Part shown: positions 26,930-33,154 of the stretch, one piece after another
Position numbering within the stretch: the stretch's first letter is position 1
How the letters are laid out: each line of letters starts with the position of its first letter
NCBI GenBank assembly: GCA_043799545.1
Contig: JAZDNO010000008.1
Location: 1-33,154, forward strand
Length of the DNA stretch: 33,154 bases
Reading direction: 5' to 3'
DNA from: Methanobacteriota archaeon
Lineage (GTDB): Archaea > Thermoplasmatota > Thermoplasmata > SG8-5 > DAIRED01
The notes under the pieces: generated by a model
The model's input: only the letters and a program-made list of their open reading frames with translations
What the model was told of the DNA's origin: nothing
Databases searched by the model: none
Translations under genes and position numbers: made by a program

Positions 26930-29851
26930 ATGAGCGGATTCGTGGGGCGGGAGGCCGAGCTAAAAGTGCTGGTCGACGCGCTCGGACGCGCCTCCGCCGG
27001 GGCAGGCTCCTGCGTGCTCGTCTCCGGCGAGCCAGGAATCGGGAAGTCTCGGCTGGTCGAGGAGGTAAAAGCCCGCGCGAGGGCATCGGGCTTCGCCGTT
27101 CTGGAGGGCGCGTGCTCCGCAGACGGCGGCGAGCCCCTGCTTCCGTTCTCGAAGGCGCTGGGGGCCTCCCTGTCGCTCGGGAGGGGATTCGCGTCGTTCT
27201 CCTGTGCGATGCTGCTCGACAGCTCGGGTAATGCCTCGGCGCAGGGGGGCGATTCCGGAATCGACGCGGCGCCCCTGGCAAGCATGCTCGCCGCCGTTCA
27301 GAGCTTCGTCAGGGACTCCTTCAGCGGCGGCGGCTCCCTCGGGCTGCTGGAACACGGCGGGAGGAGGATACTGGTCGAGAAGGCGGGTGAGGGGGCGCTG
27401 GCCGCCGTCATCGAGTCCGAGGAATCGCCGGAGATGCGTCCCGCTGTGAAAGCCGCGGCGGAGGCCATTGCCAGGGAGCCCGCCTCTGCCGCGCGGGCGC
27501 TGGAATCTCTCACGCGGAGGAGCTTCGCGCTCCGCAAGGACTTGGACGGGGTCAAGCTCGAGAACGAGCGCATCCGAATCGCCAACGGCGTTCTGGATGC
27601 CCTGCGCGGCAAGTCCTCCTGCTGCCCGGTCCTGCTCGCTCTCGAGGACGTGCATTGGGCCGACGACTCGACCCTGTTCGTGCTGGGCTACCTCGCGCGC
27701 AACCTGGGCGGCATGCGGTGCGTGCTCTTGGCCACCGCCCGCCCGTCCGAAGGCGCCGCCGTGCAGAAGGCGCTCGCAGGCATGCGCGCCGACGGCACCA
27801 TCGCGGAGGTCGCGCTGGCCGGGCTGGACCTGGCCGGGGTCAGGGCGCTCGTCGATTCTTCGTGCGGCCCGAACGATTTTCCGCAGGATTTCGCAGAGCG
27901 CCTGCACCGGGACTGTGCGGGAAACCCGTTCTTCGTCTCGGAGCTTCTGAAGCAGATGCGCGCCGACGGGGCAATCGCCTTCGCCAACGGCAGGCATTCG
28001 CTGGTTCGGGACGACTACGCGATGCCCTCGTCCATCGGCGAGGTCGTGCGGCTCAGGCTCGAGTCCCTCGACCCGGACGCGATGGCGATGGCCGAGTACG
28101 CCTCGTGCATCGGCAGGGAGTTCATCGTCGACGCCGCGCTGTCTGCGCCGAACGTCGCCGAGGCGAGCGGTGCCATCGAGCGCCTTCGCGAGGCCGGGCT
28201 CGTCAGCGTCGCGGGGGATTCCGGCGCCTTCGGCCACGCCCTCTTCCACGCCGCGGTCTACGCGAGCATCGCGCCGAGATGGCTGGTCGCGCACCACCGG
28301 CGCATCGGCGACTATTACGAGCGGCGGTTCGCGGACGGTCTGGACGAGGCTGTCTACGAGTTGTCGAGGCACTACTCGCTCGGCGAGGAGCACTCAAAGG
28401 CGTTCCGCTACTCGGTCATGGCCGCGGAGAGGGCGGAGGGCCAGTATGCCCCGGAGGTCGCCGTGAAGCACTACGCCCGCGCCATCGCGTCCATCCTGAA
28501 ATGCTCCGAGCTGGCCGGCGAGGAGGCGAGGGTCCGGACTCGGATGGGGGAGAACTACCATTTCATGGGCAGCCTCGAAGACGCGGAGAGTGCTTACCGC
28601 GAGGCGCTGGAGGTGGCGGAGCGTCGCGGGGAGAGCCCAGCAATCGCCCGCGCCTGCGTCGCGCTCGGCCACCTGATGTGCCTCAAGCCGGACTACGACC
28701 AGGCGCTCGCGCTCACGGAACGGGGGATGGCCATGTTCGCCGCCGCCGGGAACGACGCGGGCGTCTTCTCCGCCATGACGAACCAGGGCTTCGTGCACTT
28801 CTACAAGGGGGAGCACGCGCAGGCTCTCGAGCTCTACTCAAGGCAGCTCGCCCTCGCCAAGAAGATGGGGGACAGGCTCCGCGCCGGAAAGGTCCTGAGC
28901 GACATCGGCGGGATATACTGGGAGACTGGGGAGTACGACAAGGCGGTGGAGAACAACCTAACATACCTCGGGGTCGCGGAGGAGCTCGGGGACAAGGGCG
29001 CGATGAAGGACGCGCTGTCCGGCCTTGCGAACGTCACGTTCTACCAGCGCAAGTTCGCGGAGGCCACGGGATACTACCGCAGGCTCGTGGACGTCGCCCA
29101 CGAGTCTAAGGATATCTTCTCGGAGAACCTCGGCCTGATTGGGCTCGGCGCGACTTACGAGGCGCTTGGAAGATACGGCGAAGCACTCGACGCCGTCGAG
29201 CGCGTGCTAGCGGGGGCGAGGCGGACGGACTATAGGCAAGGGCTCCCGTACGCGCTCATCTACCGCGGCAGGGCTGCGATGGGCTCCGGCGACTACGAGC
29301 TCGCCCTATCGAGCTTCCAGGAGGCGCTCGACGTCGCGGTATCCACGGGAACCAAGCGCTCGATATGCTTCGCAGAGTCTTGCCTCGGGCAGCTCTGCAG
29401 GAGGACGGGCCGCGCCATCGAGGCGGAACAGCACCTCGATTCCGCCGCCTCCGTCGCCCGGGAGGCGGGGAACTTCCACGTCCTGGCCGACAGCCTGAGC
29501 CAGATGGCGGAGATTCGCTTCGAGGCGGGACGGTTCGACGATGCTAGGGCGCTCAACGCCGAGGCGATGTCCGTCGCCGGGGAGATACACAGAGAGGGCG
29601 CGCTCTTCTCGGCGCGCGTTTTGGAGGCTCGGCTCCTTTCGGTCCAGGATAAAGTGGCCGGGGCTGCGAGGCTCGAGGCGATGCTCGCTGGGGCGAACGA
29701 GCGCGAGCGCGCGGAGCTGACCTACCAGCTCTACCGCATGACCGGCGACGCAGCGAGGAGGGCGGATTCCAGGGCGTTGTATTCTGCGCTCTACCGGACC
29801 GTGCCGAACGCGATGTACAGGGAGCGCATGGCGGAGCTCGAACTAGGGTGA
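26930..29851 (+). CDS. STAND-class AAA ATPase with TPR repeats (paralog 2)
   Basis: FVGREAEL, GEPGIGKS, LLALEDVHWAD, GNPFF, many TPRs; clearly homologous to 23225..25984. Confidence 0.9.
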   Translation: MSGFVGREAELKVLVDALGRASAGAGSCVLVSGEPGIGKSRLVEEVKARARASGFAVLEGACSADGGEPLLPFSKALGASLSLGRGFASFSCAMLLDSSGNASAQGGDSGIDAAPLASMLAAVQSFVRDSFSGGGSLGLLEHGGRRILVEKAGEGALAAVIESEESPEMRPAVKAAAEAIAREPASAARALESLTRRSFALRKDLDGVKLENERIRIANGVLDALRGKSSCCPVLLALEDVHWADDSTLFVLGYLARNLGGMRCVLLATARPSEGAAVQKALAGMRADGTIAEVALAGLDLAGVRALVDSSCGPNDFPQDFAERLHRDCAGNPFFVSELLKQMRADGAIAFANGRHSLVRDDYAMPSSIGEVVRLRLESLDPDAMAMAEYASCIGREFIVDAALSAPNVAEASGAIERLREAGLVSVAGDSGAFGHALFHAAVYASIAPRWLVAHHRRIGDYYERRFADGLDEAVYELSRHYSLGEEHSKAFRYSVMAAERAEGQYAPEVAVKHYARAIASILKCSELAGEEARVRTRMGENYHFMGSLEDAESAYREALEVAERRGESPAIARACVALGHLMCLKPDYDQALALTERGMAMFAAAGNDAGVFSAMTNQGFVHFYKGEHAQALELYSRQLALAKKMGDRLRAGKVLSDIGGIYWETGEYDKAVENNLTYLGVAEELGDKGAMKDALSGLANVTFYQRKFAEATGYYRRLVDVAHESKDIFSENLGLIGLGATYEALGRYGEALDAVERVLAGARRTDYRQGLPYALIYRGRAAMGSGDYELALSSFQEALDVAVSTGTKRSICFAESCLGQLCRRTGRAIEAEQHLDSAASVAREAGNFHVLADSLSQMAEIRFEAGRFDDARALNAEAMSVAGEIHREGALFSARVLEARLLSVQDKVAGAARLEAMLAGANERERAELTYQLYRMTGDAARRADSRALYSALYRTVPNAMYRERMAELELG

Positions 29852-29914
29852 CCGACGCGCACTTTCGGGGTCCCCCTTTGTAGGGTTAAATAGTCCCGCG
29901 GGAATTCACATCCG

Positions 29915-30370
29915 ATGAAGTATGCGGAGCGCCGTTCGAGGCACACAATCACGATGCTCACCGACCACATCGTGTTCACGCCGAAGTTCCGGGCGCCGAT
30001 ACTGGTGGGTCCGGTCGGACGGGCGTGCGACAGGATGATACGGGACGTTTGCGCCAACATCGGTGTCTCCGTGCTGGACCTGGCAGTGAACGTCGACCAC
30101 GTGCATTTGTTCATCAGGTACCCGCCGGAGCTTTCCGCGTCGAAGGTGGCCGAGAAGATAAAAACCAACGCCTCCCGCGAGCTGCGGGAGAAGTTCCCTG
30201 AATTGAGGGCGTGGTGCAGGGACGCGCTTTGGGCTCCGGGCTGCTACCACGGATCAGTCGGTCAGGGCTTCGACGTTGTGGAGAGGTACATTTCTGCGCA
30301 GAGAAACGAGGAGGTGGCGCATGGGGAGAGGAGGAGGCTTGACGGGGTTGCTGGAGGTTATAGAAAATGA
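29915..30370 (+). CDS. tnpA: IS200/IS605-family Y1 HUH transposase (TnpA), no tnpB
   Basis: HIVFTPKFR, DHVH (HUH), LWAPG, ERYISAQ (catalytic Y); TATA-like TTAAATA at ~29886. Confidence 0.9.
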   Translation: MKYAERRSRHTITMLTDHIVFTPKFRAPILVGPVGRACDRMIRDVCANIGVSVLDLAVNVDHVHLFIRYPPELSASKVAEKIKTNASRELREKFPELRAWCRDALWAPGCYHGSVGQGFDVVERYISAQRNEEVAHGERRRLDGVAGGYRK

Positions 30371-30373
30371 GGT

Positions 30374-30396
30374 CCGCATTTTTCGAGGGAATGCGG
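30374..30396. other. Hairpin directly after tnpA, possible IS200 right-end structure
   Basis: CCGCATT...AATGCGG stem. Confidence 0.45.
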
Positions 30397-30403
30397 GAAA
30401 CCC

Positions 30404-30455
30404 CGGTAGCCAGCCAGGTTATGGCCGAGGACCAATCGGACTCCGTATCCACAGC
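30404..30455 (+). pseudogene. Degenerate partial copy of the downstream tRNA
   Basis: AGCCAGGT, GGCCGAGGACCAAT and CCGTATCC are shared in order with 30497-30581. Confidence 0.6.
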
Positions 30456-30496
30456 TTACATGATTTCCACATCTTATAAATATTTCTATCGAGCGT

Positions 30497-30581
30497 GCCG
30501 GGGTGGCCAAGCCAGGTATGGCGATTGGCCGAGGACCAATAGGATCCCGTATCCTCGCGGGTTCAAATCCCGTCCCCGGCG
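30497..30581 (+). tRNA. Atypical class II tRNA: anticodon GAG (Leu) with C33 and Ser-like body
   Basis: GCCGGGG/CCCCGGC acceptor, G73, ATTGG-CCGAGGA-CCAAT anticodon arm, AGGAT-CCCGT-ATCCT variable arm, GCGGG-TTCAAAT-CCCGT T-arm; TTATAAAT ~20 bp upstream. Confidence 0.8.
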
Positions 30582-30787
30582 CGGATCCTTAATAGAAAGG
30601 AAGGGGGGGAGGAAATCCTTTACCCAAGTCTCGCGACCGCCCGATGGGTGGCGAGGCCGCACGCATATAGTTAGCAACAAGCCTCGTCTGTAAGGGCGGG
30701 GTATAGAAGCTTATATTAGCTATTATTACTATATTGTATAGGATATAATATGATGGGAGCGCGTGACTTGGGCGAGGGCGAATAATA

Positions 30788-30815
30788 GTCACATGTGACA
30801 AAATCATTTAAATAT
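30788..30815 (+). promoter_or_regulatory. Palindrome GTCACATGTGAC followed by TATA box TTTAAATA
   Basis: Perfect 12-bp palindrome at 30788-30799; TATA ~22 bp before ATG 30830. Confidence 0.55.
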
Positions 30816-30829
30816 ACTCTATACGATGT

Positions 30830-31216
30830 ATGTTTATGGATAATAAAGTAAGAAAAAGAATAATAATCTTATTGGGAACTATTTTAATAATTTCACTTAT
30901 AATACTAGCATATTATTTTCCATTTTTTGGTTACTGGCGAATAGAATCGGGAATGACTGAGACAACAGTAAAAAACATCATGGGCACACCTGATTTTATT
31001 AATGGATTTACTATCGGAGAGCCATTTTTTGGCCCCAGACCAGATTTGCCAAATGGTACATATTTTATCTCCTGGACATATCATGTTAGAGATCAAATTA
31101 TAGGCATTACTTTTATATCTTCTTTAGATTACGATAACATTACTGGATATCATATTTCGACCACAGATTATGTCGTTTTTGAGAAACATAATCATTCAGA
31201 TAGTATTGTGTACTAA
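30830..31216 (+). CDS. Cassette ORF 1: TM anchor plus SmpA/BamE-like domain
   Basis: AT-rich; N-terminal TM helix; IESGMTETTVKNIMGTPD fits the I..GMT...V...G.P pattern. Confidence 0.7.
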   Translation: MFMDNKVRKRIIILLGTILIISLIILAYYFPFFGYWRIESGMTETTVKNIMGTPDFINGFTIGEPFFGPRPDLPNGTYFISWTYHVRDQIIGITFISSLDYDNITGYHISTTDYVVFEKHNHSDSIVY

Positions 31217-31224
31217 CTAAATTT

Positions 31225-31528
31225 TGAGCCCGACGCCCTCGACCGTGCACTTCATACTATCGACGAGAGGTCGCGTGGATGCCTCGCCGGAGCATCCCCG
31301 TCCAAGATTTGACGGCGGGACAGGGGTGCGCACGGTTTTCGCGTATTGCAGCTCCATTGGCTGGTTGTATCCCAACTTTGCCGTGGTACTGTATGCCAGC
31401 ACTTGGGAGCGGGTGGAAGAGCGAAAATCTGAGGTCCAACCGAAGGACGGGGTAGAGAATTATTTAAGGAGTGACGTACATACAGAGCTTGTGAAACAAG
31501 CGTATAGGAACCGTCACTTGGGAGCGAA
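31225..31528 (+). repeat. Structured inter-ORF repeat R1
   Basis: Shares CCTCGACCGTG, GAGGTCGCGTGGATGCCTCGCCGGAGCATC, GTGCGCACGGTT, AATCTGAGGT, GGACGGGGTAGA and ATAGGAA-CGTCACTTGGG with R2 and R3. Confidence 0.92.
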
Positions 31529-31542
31529 CGGAGGAGTGGTCG

Positions 31543-31962
31543 ATGCTAAGTAAACGAGATTATCAGGTTATTATAATATCAACAATTACTATTTTTCTGT
31601 TAGTCCATCTTACTTTTTTATTCATGGGTTTATGGTATTCTGTTGAATTTGTTTTTTATGAGTTTATTTTTGTTTTTTTATCCGTTGGAATCCCAATAAT
31701 AATTTGGTGCACGTTATCAACACATCATGATTTAAGATTGATACGATACTGGTTTATTCCAATAGTATACATGATGTTTATGGATATTTATTGGCTAATG
31801 CAAGGATATTATCATCTTCGTGCTTTTCCAACCGATTCGTTTGAATATTATGCAGCCTCTGAATTATTAGAAAGCCAATGGCTACATTTAGGAGTGTGGT
31901 TGGTGATATTATTCATTGGTAGGTTTTGGATATCCAAGATGCAATATAAGACCACTCCGTAG
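31543..31962 (+). CDS. Cassette ORF 2: hypothetical multi-TM protein
   Basis: AT-rich, 139 aa, hydrophobic segments; fills the space between R1 and R2. Confidence 0.75.
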   Translation: MLSKRDYQVIIISTITIFLLVHLTFLFMGLWYSVEFVFYEFIFVFLSVGIPIIIWCTLSTHHDLRLIRYWFIPIVYMMFMDIYWLMQGYYHLRAFPTDSFEYYAASELLESQWLHLGVWLVILFIGRFWISKMQYKTTP

Positions 31963-32258
31963 TGAAGCTCCCTCGACCGTGAACTCCATCCCATCGACGG
32001 GAGGTCGCGTGGATGCCTCGCCGGAGCATCTCCGTCCATGTATTGACGGCGGGACAGGAGTGCGCACGGTTCGAGCGACTCAGGCAATCTGGGCTGGTTG
32101 TATCCCCACTTTTGGGAGGAACTGCATTTCTGCTGTTTGGAGCGGGATACAAAGCGAGAATCTGAGGTTCAACCGAAGGACGGGGTAGATATTTATTTAA
32201 GGCACGCCACGTATTTCAGCGCCGTGAGCGCGAATAGGAACCGTCACTTGGGAGCGAA
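31963..32258 (+). repeat. Structured inter-ORF repeat R2
   Basis: 77 nt (32001-32077) identical to R3 (32704-32780); same blocks as R1. Confidence 0.92.
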
Positions 32259-32260
32259 GG

Positions 32261-32668
32261 ATGAGTGACTTGAAGAAGGAACTGGATTATCAAATTAACA
32301 AGTTAGTAAATGATTTATCTCACACAGAAGTTTATCAGCGAAAACATGCGGCTTGGACATTAGCTAGACTTGCACAAAAAGGGAAAGCAGAAAAGATTGT
32401 TAGTGCTGGTGCAGTTTCGAAGCTGGCTAAATGTCTATATGATAACGAATTGATTGTGCGATATCGTGTGGTTTGGGCATTAAGTATGTTAGCAAAACAT
32501 GGACAAAAGAAAGCGGTTCTTGAAGCTGATGTGGAAGCCACTCTTAGCAATATGATTGATGACAACAATGAAGTAGAAATATGCCATCCACAAACAAATG
32601 AGATGATTTATACTACACTTGGTAATCTGGCTAAAGAAGCAATAGGATATCTACATAACGAATCCTGA
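32261..32668 (+). CDS. Cassette ORF 3: HEAT/armadillo-repeat protein
   Basis: RKHAAWTLARLA...GAVSKLAKCL..VRYRVVWALSMLA; AT-rich; its TGA stop is the first bases of R3. Confidence 0.75.
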   Translation: MSDLKKELDYQINKLVNDLSHTEVYQRKHAAWTLARLAQKGKAEKIVSAGAVSKLAKCLYDNELIVRYRVVWALSMLAKHGQKKAVLEADVEATLSNMIDDNNEVEICHPQTNEMIYTTLGNLAKEAIGYLHNES

Positions 32669-32958
32669 AGCGACCTCGACCGTGAACACCCAGTAATCGA
32701 CGAGAGGTCGCGTGGATGCCTCGCCGGAGCATCTCCGTCCATGTATTGACGGCGGGACAGGAGTGCGCACGGTTCGAGCGGCTCAGACATACTGGGCTGG
32801 TTGTATTCCCACTTTGGGGAGGAACTGCATTTCTGCTGTTTGGAGCGGGATACAAAGCGAGAATCTGAGGTCCAACCGATGGACGGGGTAGAGATTTTAA
32901 ATAGGTCCAATCTCATAACAGAGCCCATGAAATGGGCGAATAGGAAACGTCACTTGGG
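32666..32958 (+). repeat. Structured inter-ORF repeat R3
   Basis: Same conserved blocks as R1 and R2. Confidence 0.92.
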
Positions 32959-33154
32959 GATGAGCGTCTCCGCCGTAGGTTGTGGGCTCGTCTAGAATGC
33001 ACATGTCCGTAGGCGTTCGGTGGTCCCCAAATCCTTTTCAACGCTGGCTATATGAAACGAAAATTCCAAGTAGTAGAGGCGACATGTATGCACAAGGCGG
33101 GTTCGCAACGGCTATCGGGCTTTGCCGAAAGGGGGCGCGTTTTTAGCCCCCCGT

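Noticed and set aside
26832-27281. 150-aa N-terminal extension on heliorhodopsin in the ORF track
   Set aside because: Antisense to the STAND gene, low-complexity Arg/Pro; the family-typical start is ATG 26831 with a TATA box at leaderless distance.
3488-29590. Many long antisense or alternate-frame ORFs (e.g. 18353..19936, 22300..23880, 26960..28393, 27655..29109)
   Set aside because: Shadow ORFs expected in high-GC coding DNA; no recognisable motifs.
30388-30420. AATGCGGGAAAC resembles the group I intron P element
   Set aside because: No Q, R or S elements follow; it is explained as one arm of the post-tnpA hairpin.
31225-32958. Repeats as group II intron remnants (GTGCG 5'-end-like motif; GCGCACGGTTC resembles the 3' strand of domain V with a 2-nt bulge)
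   Set aside because: The pairing strand reads GACCGTG and lacks the AGC/CGC catalytic triad, the loop is ~95 nt, and no domain VI or RT gene is visible. The resemblance is noted but unsupported.
31225-32958. CRISPR array or canonical attC array
   Set aside because: Repeats are ~300 bp and the spacers are whole genes; no cas genes; no RYYYAAC/GTTRRRY boxes at the repeat ends.
31217-32995. Short ORFs spanning the repeats (e.g. 31224..31553, 31913..32152, 32631..32855)
   Set aside because: Their mutual similarity comes from the DNA repeat; frames and strands are inconsistent between copies.

Overview
Archaeal chromosomal window. The heliorhodopsin, the Ig-TM-wHTH regulator and the TATA/leaderless gene starts point to Thermoplasmatota; this lineage call is an inference. 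From left to right: (1) the end of an element integrated at tRNA-Val(GAC), with small wHTH/SWIM genes, a wHTH protein whose gene carries iteron-like repeats, and a tyrosine integrase (1-3404). (2) A copper and oxidative-stress cluster: CopA, YHS, rubredoxin, flavodiiron protein, a Cys-rich peptide, desulfoferrodoxin, ferritin, a ferritin-like protein, rubrerythrin and Ogg (3512-10378). (3) An Opp/Dpp-type ABC operon whose permeases carry very large extracellular insertions, plus an Ig-TM-wHTH regulator (10385-21931). (4) An EamA transporter and two paralogous STAND NTPase-TPR genes bracketing a heliorhodopsin (22249-29851). (5) An accessory locus: a solo IS200-type Y1 TnpA, a tRNA with a Ser-type body but a Leu (GAG) anticodon, and three AT-rich ORFs each followed by a ~300-bp conserved, strongly folding repeat (29915-33154). 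This cassette-like array, which lacks canonical attC or CRISPR features, is the best candidate for an undescribed system.
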